Position numbers and translations under genes: made by a program
Shown: piece by piece, positions 20,571 to 30,792 of the stretch
Layout: each line of letters opens with the position of its first letter
Position numbering within the stretch: the first letter of the stretch is position 1
Notes under the pieces: generated by a model
Told to the model about the DNA's origin: nothing
Seen by the model: the letters and a program-made list of their open reading frames with translations, nothing else
The model's database searches: none
From: an uncultured delta proteobacterium
GTDB taxonomy: Bacteria > Desulfobacterota > RBG-13-43-22
DNA: 64,000 bases
Assembly (NCBI GenBank): GCA_963743305.1
Contig: CAVUPH010000034.1
Location: 1 to 64,000 of the forward strand
Direction of reading: 5' to 3'

Positions 20571-22643
20571 ATGATGGCTCAAGATCTGCTATTGGAAATC
20601 GGCACCGAAGAAATTCCCGCCCGCTTTATTCTCGGGGCCTTGGAATCCCTCCGACGGCTGGCGGAGGAGCGACTTCAGCAGGCCCGCTTGCCTTTTCGGG
20701 AAATAAAGACCTTCGGCACTCCTCGGAGGCTGGCCCTGTTGGTTTACGACCTGGAACCGATTCAGTCCGACCAGGAGGAAATTATAATCGGCCCGCCCCG
20801 TTCGGCGGCCTTCGGAGACGATGGGCATCCGACCAAAGTGGCCCTGGGGTTCGCCCGGGCTAAAGGAGTGTCCGTGGAGGATCTCAGCCTCCTGGAAACC
20901 CCCAAGGGGGTTTATTTGGGGTTGAAGAAAAAAATCAGCGGTCGTGGCGCCTCCGTCGTTCTGCCCGAATTGCTCCCGCAACTTATCCTGGATTTAACTT
21001 TTCCTAAAAACATGCGTTGGGGCAGGTCGAGCCTGCGCTTTGCCCGTCCCATCCATTGGATAGCGGCCCTCTACGGCGCCGAGGTGATCCCCTTCAGCCT
21101 GGAGGGAATCGCCAGCGGCCGCCAAACCTATGGACACCGGTTCATGGCCCCCGGGCCCTTTTCCCTGACTCAGGCCGATGATTATCCGGAGCGTCTCCTT
21201 TCCGCGAAAGTGGTCGTCGACCCCCAGGAACGAAGGTCCATTTTATCCAGGGAATTGGAATCCCAGGCCCGCCGGGTCGGGGGGCAGGTCCTGATCGATC
21301 AACAGCTTTTGGATGAAGTAACCAACCTGGTAGAGTGGCCGGTGCCCGTTACCGGACAATTCGATCCGGATTTTCTTAAACTTCCCTCCGAGGTTCTGGT
21401 GACCTCCATGAAAGAACACCAGCGTTATTTTCCCCTGGTCAACGAAGGAGATAAGCTGATCAACCGATTTATCGCCGTCAACAATACGCAGGTTACGGAC
21501 GAACAGCGGGTTATTCGCGGCCATGAAAAGGTCCTTCGTGCCCGCCTTTCCGATGCCCGTTTTTTTTATCAGGAGGACACCAAGCAACCTCTGGAAGGAA
21601 AAGTTGAACGGCTCCGGGGAGTCATTTTTCATTCCCAATTGGGCACTTCTTATGAAAAGGTGGAACGGGTAACCGAACTGACCGGTTATTTAGCCCGGCT
21701 TCTGGTCCCGGAAAAAGAAGCCCTGGCCAAACGGTGCGCGCGGCTGGCCAAGGCCGACCTCACCAGCCACATGGTCGGAGAGTTTCCCAGTCTGCAGGGC
21801 GTCATGGGCCGCGAGTATGCCCGGCTATCTGGAGAGGACCCTGAAGTTGCTCAGGGCATTTTGGAGCACTACCTGCCGCTGTCCGCCCAGGACCCCCCTC
21901 CCGCTTCAGATACCGGAGCTTTGGTTGGTCTGGCCGACCGATTGGATACCCTGGCCGGCTTCTTCAGTTTAAACCAGATTCCCAGCGGGTCGGCCGATCC
22001 CTATGCCCTGCGCCGTCAGGCTCAGGGGGTCATCTTGATCGCCTGGGCCAGGGACTATGGTTTTTCCTTGGACCAGGCACTGGATCAGGCTATTGCCCTT
22101 TACCCAGGGTCTTCCACCCGGACACCCGGCAGGGTCAAAGGAAATCTTTTGGAATTTTTCGCTCTGCGTCTGGAATATTTATTGACCTTCGCTGGGCATA
22201 AAAAAGAAGTTATCGAGGCTGTTCTGGCCGCCGGCTGGTTTGACCTGAACGAGGTTCGGCTCCGCACCCAGGCCTTAAGTCAATTTCAAAATAATACTGA
22301 ATTTTATTCATTAACTATCGGATGTAAGAGGGCGTTAAATATACTTAAAGGTATTGATAAATCAACGATGGGCACCGTTAGGGAAGGATTGTTTCAGGAA
22401 GATGCAGAAATTCAATTATTTGATAAAATAAACGAAAATAGGGATAAATTAAACCAGCATCTCGAAAAAAGATACTATAGTGAGTATTTACATGATCTTG
22501 CCAAGTTAAGACCCTATATAGACCTATTTTTTGAGCAGGTATTAGTCATGGCGCCGGACGAAAAGATAAAGAACAACCGCCTGGCCCTGCTACTGGAATT
22601 GACTACCCTTTTTAATCGATTTGCTTTGTTTTCATTAATGTAG
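20571..22643 (+). CDS. glyS: Glycine-tRNA ligase beta subunit
   Basis: LLLEIGTEEIPA, TPRRLA, MRWG..FARPI, EFPSLQGVMG and GSADPYALRR motifs. Confidence 0.97.
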   Translation: MMAQDLLLEIGTEEIPARFILGALESLRRLAEERLQQARLPFREIKTFGTPRRLALLVYDLEPIQSDQEEIIIGPPRSAAFGDDGHPTKVALGFARAKGVSVEDLSLLETPKGVYLGLKKKISGRGASVVLPELLPQLILDLTFPKNMRWGRSSLRFARPIHWIAALYGAEVIPFSLEGIASGRQTYGHRFMAPGPFSLTQADDYPERLLSAKVVVDPQERRSILSRELESQARRVGGQVLIDQQLLDEVTNLVEWPVPVTGQFDPDFLKLPSEVLVTSMKEHQRYFPLVNEGDKLINRFIAVNNTQVTDEQRVIRGHEKVLRARLSDARFFYQEDTKQPLEGKVERLRGVIFHSQLGTSYEKVERVTELTGYLARLLVPEKEALAKRCARLAKADLTSHMVGEFPSLQGVMGREYARLSGEDPEVAQGILEHYLPLSAQDPPPASDTGALVGLADRLDTLAGFFSLNQIPSGSADPYALRRQAQGVILIAWARDYGFSLDQALDQAIALYPGSSTRTPGRVKGNLLEFFALRLEYLLTFAGHKKEVIEAVLAAGWFDLNEVRLRTQALSQFQNNTEFYSLTIGCKRALNILKGIDKSTMGTVREGLFQEDAEIQLFDKINENRDKLNQHLEKRYYSEYLHDLAKLRPYIDLFFEQVLVMAPDEKIKNNRLALLLELTTLFNRFALFSLM

Positions 22644-22669
22644 GGGCGGCCACGGGGGGCCGTCCCGAC
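22640..22669 (+). repeat. GTAG-type REP hairpin
   Basis: GTAGGGGCGGCC..GGCCGTCCC; similar GTAG hairpins on the minus strand at 35753-35779 and 39237-39263. Confidence 0.6.
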
Positions 22670-22800
22670 GAAACAACGAATGGATTATTAATATCGGTCA
22701 GCAGATTCGCTACCATATATAGTAGCTAAATTCCATCCGAATACCCCTTATAGTATTTTTTTCTTTACATCTCCGGACTGCTCCCGTTACAATAGCCTCC

Positions 22801-25800
22801 ATGAGAATCAAACGCCTTGAATTGAACGGTTTTAAGTCTTTTCCCGAAAAAACGATCATCCCTTTCCCCAAGGGGATTAGCGGGGTGGTTGGACCCAACG
22901 GTTGCGGCAAAAGCAATATCGTAGACGCCATCAAATGGGTCATGGGGGAACAAAGCCCTAGACAGCTTCGGGGAAAAGGGATGGAGGATGTCATCTTCGC
23001 CGGTTCCAACGGCAAATCTTCGGTCGGCATGGCCGAGGTGTCCCTGGTCCTGGACAATGACAATGGCTCCTTTCCCCCGGAAATGGCCGGCTTTAGCGAA
23101 GTGGTTATTACCCGGCGGCTTTTCCGAGACGGGGAAAGCGAATACGCCATCAACAATCAAAACTGCCGTTTGAAAGACATATCCCACCTGTTTATGGGCA
23201 CCGGAGTAGGCAGCCGGGCGTACGCCGTTATTGAACAGGGTCGGGTAGGGGCGATTATCGATTCTAAACCGGAGGACCGCCGGCACTGGATCGAAGAAGC
23301 CGCCGGTATCTCTAAATATAAACACCGAAAGCAGGAAACCCTGCGTAAGCTGGAGTCAACCCAGCAAAATATGTTACGGGTGGGGGACGTGATCGCCGAA
23401 GTCAAACGGCAAATGAATTCCCTTTACCGTCAGGCCAAAAAGGCCGAACGGTTCAAGGAAGCCCGTCTGGCCTTGAAGGAAATAGAGCTGACGCTTACCC
23501 TCCGTGATTATGGGGACATCCAGGAAGAAAAGGCCCGGCTGGAACAGGAATTGGATCTCCAGCAGGGACAATTGCGGACCTCGAAAGATGAAATGACGGC
23601 CATCCAAGATCGCCTTCAGCAGATTCAAACGCAGCTTGGCGAAACCGATCGGAGTTTAAAAGTCCTCCAGGAACAGTATTATCAGCAAAAAGGGTCCCGG
23701 GAAAAACAGGAAAGCTTCCTCCAACAGCTTCAACAGGAACTGGGAGGCTTGGAACGGCAACGTTTGGAGACCGGGCAGGAGCTTAAGGAAATCCAATCCT
23801 GGCTTCAGGACAAAGAGATCGAAGCCCAGACCCTGAAGGAAGCCTTCCAGTCCTTTAAAGAACGGTTGCAGCAAGAACAAGAACGGGTAACCCTTCAGGA
23901 GGGGACGGTGAATCGCCTGAAAAGCGAACACCATTCCCACCAGCAGGAATTGGAAAGCAACAAAGATCACCTGCTGAATACCATGTCGGAGCAGACCCGG
24001 ATTCGTAATCTGCGACTGGGACTGATCAAACTCCGAGAAGACCGAAATCTTCGTCTGGCCCGGCAGGAGGAAGAACGCGACCAGTTGAACGAACGCCGGG
24101 AACACCTGAATCGCCTTTCCACGGAAGCGACCGAAAAAATCAAACGAGAACAAAAAACCATCGAAGACCTGCGAGCGGATCTGGAGCAAAAACGAGTAGG
24201 GCAGGGGGAGCAGGTTGAAATCCGCAAAGAGATCGAAGGGGAGCTCAAGGAACTGGAACGGCTTCTTCTCCAGGACCAGGGACAAATCAAAAACCTCCAG
24301 CAGATTCGGGATAATTATCAGAGTTATCAGAACGGCGTCCGTTCCCTGCTGCAGCGCGACCACCCGACCGGAGACGAAGAAGGAAAGAAGCGGGTTCGCC
24401 TGCTGGCCGAGGGGATAGAGACCGAACCCGGGTACGAAGCCGCCGTGGAAGCGGCCCTGGGAGAAAGCCTGCAAGCCGTCCTCGTTCAGGATCAAGGGGA
24501 AGCGCTGGAGGGCATCCGGCAACTCAGAGGCACCCAGGCCGGAAAGGCCACTTTTCTCTTATTGAATCAATCCCAGCCGGCTGAGTCGGAGGGGGGCGCT
24601 GCCTCCGTTTTCCCGGGCAATGGGTTTCAGCCTTTAATCTCCAAAGTAGTCGTGAAAACTGAACTGCAATCCTGGGTGCAGCACCTCTTGGGTGAGTTTC
24701 TGCTGGTTCCCGACCTGGATCAGGGGCTGAAGCTTTGGGAAGACCGGGGAGGGAGAAACGCTCTGGTTACGCCGGAAGGTGATGTGATCAGTCGCCTCGG
24801 AGTGATCTCCGGAGGCAGTTCCGGAAAAACGGAATCCGGGATCCTATTTCAAAAAAATCTGATCCGTCGTCTGGAACGGCAGATTCGAGACGGGGAAATC
24901 CAGGTTCGGGAAAAACGAGCGGCCCTGGCGGGCCAAGCCGAAGTCCTGCGGGATCTGGAAGAACAGCTTGCCGAACTGGCGTCCCAAATTCGGGAATCGG
25001 AAAAAAGAAAATCAGAGCTGGAAAAAATCCAGTTCGGTTATCAGGAGGAGGCCAAGCCCCTGCAACGCCGTCTAACCCTGATTGCCATCGAAGAAGAAGA
25101 AACCCGGTCCCTGGTGGCTTCTGAAAATTCCGAGGAGGAAATTCACCGAATCCAGGAAGAAGCCCTGAACGAGGAAGTCGCCGTCCTGAAAAGCAGGCTC
25201 CTGGGCGAAGAAGAAACGGGTAAACGGCTGGAGAAAAGCTTGGAGGAGGCCCGGGAGGTCTTAACCCGGATCAGCACCGAGTATTCGGTCCTCAAAGAAA
25301 AAGGGGATCACCTCTCCAAAGAAGCGGCCAGTCTGCAGGAAGCCCTGGCGGACAGGCAAAGCCGGCGGCAGCGATTAACGGATCGGCTGGCCGCCGGAGA
25401 CCGGCGTCGAGAGGATCTCGAAATCAAAATGGCCGAAACCCAGGACGCTCTGCTCCTTTCCCAGACCGAATTAGAAAGGCTGGAAACCCTGATCCAGACG
25501 GCGAAGCAGACTTGGGAAAAGGACCAACAGGAGAAAGATCGGGTGGAGACCAATTCCCGGGATAAACGGTCCCAAATCGACCAACTGGAAGCCCGGGATC
25601 ACGAATTGCAGTTGCAGGCCGCCCAAGGGGCGCTTAAACTGGAACATTTGAAAGAGAAAACCCGGGAGCAATTCGGGTGTGAACTGGAGGAGGTTCTGGA
25701 AAGGCCGCGCCCCAGCGAGGAAGATTTTGCGGCCCTCTCTCAGAAAAGACAGGAGCTGAAAGGGAAAATAGAACAAATCGGAGAGGTTAACTTGACGGCC

Positions 25801-26382
25801 ATTGAAGAATTCCAGGCCTTCAAGGAGCGCCATGATTTTTACCAGTCCCAGGAAGAGGATTTACTGAAATCGATCGATTCCCTGAAAAGGGCCATCCAAA
25901 AAATTAATGCTACATCTAAGGACTTGTTTTTGTTGACTTTTAAAGCCATACAGGAAAAGATGGAACTGGTCTTTCCCGTATTGTTCGGCGGCGGTACGGC
26001 TAAGCTTTCTCTGGTGAATGAAGAGGACCCGCTGGAATCCGGAATCGACATTATTATTCATCCCCCCGGAAAACGCTTGACCAGCATGGGGTTGCTCTCG
26101 GGCGGGGAAAAAGCCTTGACGGCCCTGGCCCTGGTTTTCTCCATCTATCTGGTTAAGCCGAGTCCTTTCTGCCTGCTGGATGAAATTGACGCCTTCCTGG
26201 ACGAGGCCAATGTGGAGCGTTTTAAAAAATTCGTCCACGGTCTGGTAGATAACTCTCAGATCATTCTCATCACCCACAACCGGAGAATCATGGAGATGGC
26301 TGACGCGCTCTATGGGGTTACCATGGAACAACCGGGCATTTCTAAACTGGTTTCCGTACGCCTCGATAATGTGTTAAATTAA
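22801..26382 (+). CDS. smc: Chromosome segregation protein SMC
   Basis: GPNGCGKSN Walker A, coiled coils, hinge, LSGGEK and LLDEID. Confidence 0.98.
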   Translation: MRIKRLELNGFKSFPEKTIIPFPKGISGVVGPNGCGKSNIVDAIKWVMGEQSPRQLRGKGMEDVIFAGSNGKSSVGMAEVSLVLDNDNGSFPPEMAGFSEVVITRRLFRDGESEYAINNQNCRLKDISHLFMGTGVGSRAYAVIEQGRVGAIIDSKPEDRRHWIEEAAGISKYKHRKQETLRKLESTQQNMLRVGDVIAEVKRQMNSLYRQAKKAERFKEARLALKEIELTLTLRDYGDIQEEKARLEQELDLQQGQLRTSKDEMTAIQDRLQQIQTQLGETDRSLKVLQEQYYQQKGSREKQESFLQQLQQELGGLERQRLETGQELKEIQSWLQDKEIEAQTLKEAFQSFKERLQQEQERVTLQEGTVNRLKSEHHSHQQELESNKDHLLNTMSEQTRIRNLRLGLIKLREDRNLRLARQEEERDQLNERREHLNRLSTEATEKIKREQKTIEDLRADLEQKRVGQGEQVEIRKEIEGELKELERLLLQDQGQIKNLQQIRDNYQSYQNGVRSLLQRDHPTGDEEGKKRVRLLAEGIETEPGYEAAVEAALGESLQAVLVQDQGEALEGIRQLRGTQAGKATFLLLNQSQPAESEGGAASVFPGNGFQPLISKVVVKTELQSWVQHLLGEFLLVPDLDQGLKLWEDRGGRNALVTPEGDVISRLGVISGGSSGKTESGILFQKNLIRRLERQIRDGEIQVREKRAALAGQAEVLRDLEEQLAELASQIRESEKRKSELEKIQFGYQEEAKPLQRRLTLIAIEEEETRSLVASENSEEEIHRIQEEALNEEVAVLKSRLLGEEETGKRLEKSLEEAREVLTRISTEYSVLKEKGDHLSKEAASLQEALADRQSRRQRLTDRLAAGDRRREDLEIKMAETQDALLLSQTELERLETLIQTAKQTWEKDQQEKDRVETNSRDKRSQIDQLEARDHELQLQAAQGALKLEHLKEKTREQFGCELEEVLERPRPSEEDFAALSQKRQELKGKIEQIGEVNLTAIEEFQAFKERHDFYQSQEEDLLKSIDSLKRAIQKINATSKDLFLLTFKAIQEKMELVFPVLFGGGTAKLSLVNEEDPLESGIDIIIHPPGKRLTSMGLLSGGEKALTALALVFSIYLVKPSPFCLLDEIDAFLDEANVERFKKFVHGLVDNSQIILITHNRRIMEMADALYGVTMEQPGISKLVSVRLDNVLN

Positions 26383-26383
26383 T

Positions 26384-27415
26384 ATGTTGAAATGGTTTCG
26401 CAAGAAAGAAGATGAACTTCCGGAGGGTTTACCAAACGGGTCGTCCGAAAAGAACCCGGCCTCCGGGGAATCAATAAGTCAAGCTGAAGAGCCCCAGGGG
26501 AATCGCAAGGGATTTTTTCACCGACTTAAGGAACGTTTAACCAAGACCCGGGAATCGTTTGTCGGACGAGTCGATCAATTGGTCCTGGGGAAAAAAGAGA
26601 TCGATGAAGATCTGTTGGACGAACTGGAAGAGATTCTAATCACCTCGGATTTAGGGGTCGATACCACCCAGGCGCTGATCGCTTTGGTCCAGCAAAAAGT
26701 CAAACGCCGGGAATTGGACAACCCGGAACGCCTCAGAGAAACCCTCCAGGAGGAAATATTACGTTTTCTGGAAGCGACGACTCCACCCAGCAATCATCTA
26801 TCTAAGCCTTTAATTATATTAGTGATCGGTGTTAATGGGGTCGGCAAGACCACCACGATCGGCAAACTGGCGCACCAATACCGGCTGGCCGGGAAAAAAG
26901 TTATGCTGGTAGCCGGAGATACCTTCCGGGCAGCGGCTGGAGAACAGTTGGAGATTTGGGCCAAACGCTCTCAAGCGGAAATCATTCGCCAGAAAGAAGG
27001 GTCGGATCCCTCCGCCGTGGTCTACGACGCACTTCAGGCAGCCCGGGCCCGGGGAATCGATATCGTGTTGATCGATACCGCCGGACGACTTCACACCCGG
27101 GTGAACTTAATGGAGGAATTAAAGAAGATTCACCGAACCATTCAAAAAGAATTCCCGGAAGGACCTCACCAGACCTTACTGGTCCTGGATGCCACTATGG
27201 GTCAGAATGCCATTTCGCAAGCCCGGATCTTTAATGAGGCGATAGCGGTCACCGGGCTTATTTTGACAAAGTTAGACGGCACCGCCAAGGGAGGGATTGT
27301 GGTGGGGATCAGCCAGGAACTGAAGATACCCATTTCTCAGATCGGGATAGGGGAACAGGTGGACGATCTGCAACCATTCAAGCCGCGGGAATTCGTAGAA
27401 GCCATATTTAGATAA
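26384..27415 (+). CDS. ftsY: SRP receptor FtsY
   Basis: GVNGVGKTTTIGK, DTFRAAA, DTAGR and TKLDGTAKGG motifs. Confidence 0.98.
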   Translation: MLKWFRKKEDELPEGLPNGSSEKNPASGESISQAEEPQGNRKGFFHRLKERLTKTRESFVGRVDQLVLGKKEIDEDLLDELEEILITSDLGVDTTQALIALVQQKVKRRELDNPERLRETLQEEILRFLEATTPPSNHLSKPLIILVIGVNGVGKTTTIGKLAHQYRLAGKKVMLVAGDTFRAAAGEQLEIWAKRSQAEIIRQKEGSDPSAVVYDALQAARARGIDIVLIDTAGRLHTRVNLMEELKKIHRTIQKEFPEGPHQTLLVLDATMGQNAISQARIFNEAIAVTGLILTKLDGTAKGGIVVGISQELKIPISQIGIGEQVDDLQPFKPREFVEAIFR

Positions 27416-27472
27416 TTCTTTTATTTTTTCCTATTTAGTTTACATAATATATCTTATCAGACATTGATATAA

Positions 27473-28123
27473 TCAAAAGAAAAAATGATCGGCCAAGGCT
27501 TTTAGGCTGGAAAAAATACGGTCCGAGGCCTGGAGGTACGGGGGCGGCAAGGTGGAGGCGACGGCATAACAGGTCAGGCCGGCCGCCTTGGCGGACTGGA
27601 TGCCGGCCGGGGCATTTTCGACCACCAGGCAGCCTTCCGGTTCCTGGTTTAATTTTTCCAAGGCCTTAAGGTAAGGATCCGGATTTGGTTTAAACCGCGA
27701 TACATCGTCGGCGGTGACGATCGTTTCAAAATAATCGCGGTATCGATGGCCCGCCCATATTTGTTCAACCAGATTCATCCGGGAACTGGTCACTAGTCCC
27801 AGACGCAATCCTTGTCGTTGAAATCTGTCGATCAAAGTCAAGGCCTCGGGATAAAGACGGACCTTACTGAGGTACTCTTCCCGAAAGACTCGATTTTGCC
27901 GATCATAGATTTCCAGGATCCGATTCGAATCGATGGGCCGCCCGGTCTTCTGGAACAAATTCTCGATGATATCCAGTCCCATGGCGCCCTCATGTTCATA
28001 GATAAATCGTTCTGTTATAAATATACCATCATTTTCAAGTAGTTGCTTCCATGATTGCATGTGATAACTCATGCTGTCCACTAAAACCCCATCCATATCA
28101 AACAAAATAGCTTTCAATGTCAT
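27473..28123 (-). CDS. HAD-superfamily phosphatase (beta-PGM-like)
   Basis: FDMDGVLVDS, KPNPDPY and VVENAPAGI motifs. Confidence 0.92.
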   Translation of the reverse strand: MTLKAILFDMDGVLVDSMSYHMQSWKQLLENDGIFITERFIYEHEGAMGLDIIENLFQKTGRPIDSNRILEIYDRQNRVFREEYLSKVRLYPEALTLIDRFQRQGLRLGLVTSSRMNLVEQIWAGHRYRDYFETIVTADDVSRFKPNPDPYLKALEKLNQEPEGCLVVENAPAGIQSAKAAGLTCYAVASTLPPPYLQASDRIFSSLKALADHFFF

Positions 28124-28322
28124 ATTTTATTGACTGTCATCCTGGAGCAAAGCGAGATCTCATTCCATAATCCTTTATATCTCCGTTAATTTGATTTTAA
28201 ATTGACACCCTACCCTATTTAACCCTAATATCATAATAAAAATAATTTCGACTAAACGCCCGGAGCCTCGGGCGAAGTCAACGAAACCTGACTATTTCGG
28301 GTAAACTGCGCAGGATAAACTT

Positions 28323-28465
28323 GATGGTTTCGCAAAAAGTCTCCAGCGCTGTCATTGCGAGGAGTGAAGCGACGAAGCAATCCCCGAAAATCTGCTAGTT
28401 ACCATGGTGGGGATTGCTTCGCTTCGCTCGCAATGACAGGTTTTTTGACTTTTTGCGAACGCATC
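28323..28465. mobile_element. MITE with 19-bp imperfect TIRs and 6-bp TSD (AAACTT), carrying a REP doublet
   Basis: AAACTT-GATGGTTTCGCAAAAAGTC...GACTTTTTGCGAACGCATC-AAACTT; internal GTCATTGCGAG..GAAGCAATC / GATTGCTTC..CTCGCAATGAC. Confidence 0.85.
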
Positions 28466-28578
28466 AAACTTGATCTGATCGACTTTTTGCGAGTCCTTAG
28501 CTTTTTTTAAAACAAACTTAATAATTAATAATAAATTATTAGTTATACATACTTAATGTTCTACTTAAAGGAGCCCTT

Positions 28579-30051
28579 ATGGAACTTCAGGCCTTCCCCA
28601 AAAAAATACAACCCCATTTGCTGCCGAAGGTTGGCGGGCGATTGGAGTATAACTGTTTAAACTGCGGCGGGAATCATGCCATCGAAACGCTGCTCTACAC
28701 CTGTCCAACCTGCGGAGGGGTTTTGTTGATTGAAAACCGGGACGATCGGGCGCTGACCTCCCGCTCCGGGACCCATTGGCAAAGGGTATTCGATTTTCGT
28801 CGCATGGTAACCGAACCGGCGCTCCGAGGGATTTTCTGTTTTCACGAGCTGATCGCCCCGGTGATCCCCCTGTCGGCCATCCTTTATCTGGGAGAAGGCC
28901 ATACCCCCCTGATCAAAGCCAATCCCGGTCTGACCCGGGAGATCGGCCTGGATTTTTATTACAAAAATGACGGTCAAAATCCCAGCGCCTCGTTCAAAGA
29001 CCGGGGCATGGCCTGCGCCCTTAGTTATCTGAACTTTCTCATTCAAGAAAAAAAGGTCAAGGGGGTTCTATCCATCTGCGCTTCGACCGGTGACACTTCC
29101 GCCTCCGCCGCCCTCTATGCCGCCTATCTGGGAGATTCCGTCCGTTCCGCCGTCTTATTGCCCCAGGGAAAGGTTACCCCCCAGCAATTGTCCCAACCCC
29201 TGGGTAGCGGGGCCACGGTCATTGAAATCCCGGGGGTCTTCGACGACTGCATGAAGGTGGTGGAGTACCTATCCGACCATTACCCGGTGGCCCTGTTAAA
29301 TTCCAAAAACGCCTGGCGGATACTGGGGCAGGAGTCCTATGCCTTTGAAATTGCCCAGTCCTTGAATTACCATCTGGAGGGACTGGTCTTACTAGTCCCC
29401 ATCGGCAACGCGGGCAACATTACCGCTATCCTCTCCGGGTTTCTAAAACTGTATCGCTATGGACTCATCACGGCCTTGCCCAAGATTATCGGGGTTCAAT
29501 CACGCCACGCCAACCCGGTTTACCGCTATTACCTGGAGCCTTCACCCAAAAAAAGGGTCTTTAAGCCGGTTAAAGTAAAACCCAGTGTCGCTCAGGCCGC
29601 CATGATCGGCAACCCGGTATCCATGCCCCGGGTAGTTCAACTGGTGGAACAATACAACCAGACCCAGGATCGTCAAAAGGTCTTTGTGGTCGAAGTCAGC
29701 GAACAGTCCATCATGGACTCCATGCTGACCGCCAACCGAAACGGGCACATTGCCTGCACCCAGGGCGGAGAAAGCCTGGCCGGTTTGGCGCAGGCCCTGC
29801 AGGAAAAGAAGGTTACCCGCCGGGAAACGGCCATTCTGGACGCCACGGCCCATGCCCTCAAATTCTCGGGGTTTCAGGATATGTATTTTGAAAACAGTTT
29901 CCCTCCGGCCTTCGGGATTCATCCCCGAAAAAAGCTGCAAAATTATCCGGTCAGCGTGAACACTCCCCTGCCCTCCCGCCGCTCGGACCGGGAATACGGG
30001 CGGTTTATCGAGTCCGCCGCCCTTCAGGTGGCCAAGCTGTTGAAAATGTAA
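28579..30051 (+). CDS. thrC: Threonine synthase
   Basis: LGEGHTPL, NPSASFKDRGM (PLP Lys), CASTGDTSA and VPIGNAGN motifs. Confidence 0.95.
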   Translation: MELQAFPKKIQPHLLPKVGGRLEYNCLNCGGNHAIETLLYTCPTCGGVLLIENRDDRALTSRSGTHWQRVFDFRRMVTEPALRGIFCFHELIAPVIPLSAILYLGEGHTPLIKANPGLTREIGLDFYYKNDGQNPSASFKDRGMACALSYLNFLIQEKKVKGVLSICASTGDTSASAALYAAYLGDSVRSAVLLPQGKVTPQQLSQPLGSGATVIEIPGVFDDCMKVVEYLSDHYPVALLNSKNAWRILGQESYAFEIAQSLNYHLEGLVLLVPIGNAGNITAILSGFLKLYRYGLITALPKIIGVQSRHANPVYRYYLEPSPKKRVFKPVKVKPSVAQAAMIGNPVSMPRVVQLVEQYNQTQDRQKVFVVEVSEQSIMDSMLTANRNGHIACTQGGESLAGLAQALQEKKVTRRETAILDATAHALKFSGFQDMYFENSFPPAFGIHPRKKLQNYPVSVNTPLPSRRSDREYGRFIESAALQVAKLLKM

Positions 30052-30061
30052 AGGGTAACGC

Positions 30062-30533
30062 ATGAAGTATGTGCTGGTCACCGTGGGAAAAATCAAGGCG
30101 CCTTTTATTGTAGAGGGGATGGACCTCTACCGGCGACGCATTACCCGCTACACCGAATTTTCAGTTATTCCGGTCAAAGAGGAAAAAATCACTACCGGCT
30201 GTAACGAGGACTTGATCAAACAGAAAGAGGGAGACCGGATTCTGGAAAAAATTCCGGTGGAAGGCTGCCGGGTGGCTTTAGACCAACGAGGAAGAGACGC
30301 TGGCCTCAGAAGCAGTGGTTCGATTTTCTGAACGATTTGGGTCGCCAGGGAATCAAGAAAACCTTTTTTTGTATTGGAGGACCATTGGGCCTTTCCTCCC
30401 AGGTATTGAGCCAGGCCCATCACGTACTCTCCCTTTCATCCCTGACCCTGACCCATGAAATGAGCGCCCTGCTATTCAGCGAACAGCTCTACCGCTACCT
30501 GACGGTTAAGCCGGCGAGAAGTATCACCGGTGA
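30062..30533 (+). pseudogene. rlmH: 23S rRNA m3Psi1915 methyltransferase RlmH, apparent frameshifts
   Basis: VTVGKIK, KEGDRIL, FCIGGPLG and LSLSSLTLTHEM..EQLYR; the C-terminal KYHR-TGA is in a third frame; about 3 single-base indels. Confidence 0.88.
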
Positions 30534-30700
30534 TAAGGATCTGTAAACAAATAATCTTGACAAAGCGACACTACAACCGTTCGCCCTGAGCTGCGAGCCT
30601 GTCGAGCAGTCGAAGGGTGAACGATACGGCCATGCTTCGGCAGGCTCAGCATGAACGGAGATACCGCGGCATTGTACAGCTTATTTCTTGACGGGTCTAA
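30534..30700. mobile_element. ~167-bp MITE/REPIN-like element, copy A
   Basis: Reverse-complement match to 37443-37611; imperfect TIRs; internal CCTGAGC..GCCTGTCGA / CTTCGGCAGGCTCAG palindromes. Confidence 0.85.
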
Positions 30701-30743
30701 CCTGGCCAAAAGTCCTGAACAGTCCACCTGGATGGATTTTTTA

Positions 30744-30792
30744 TTGACGACTATTTCGTCATTTGACATAATAAATGACGATGAAAGCGTCA
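30744..30792 (+). promoter_or_regulatory. Sigma70 promoter overlapped by two TGACG-N7-CGTCA palindromes
   Basis: TTGACG(30744)-17 nt-CATAAT(30767); palindromes at 30745-30761 and 30776-30792. Confidence 0.65.

Noticed and set aside
22270-22640. AT-rich 3' end of glyS as foreign DNA
   Set aside because: The frame is intact and the anticodon-domain motifs (FFEQVLVM..NRLALL) are retained.
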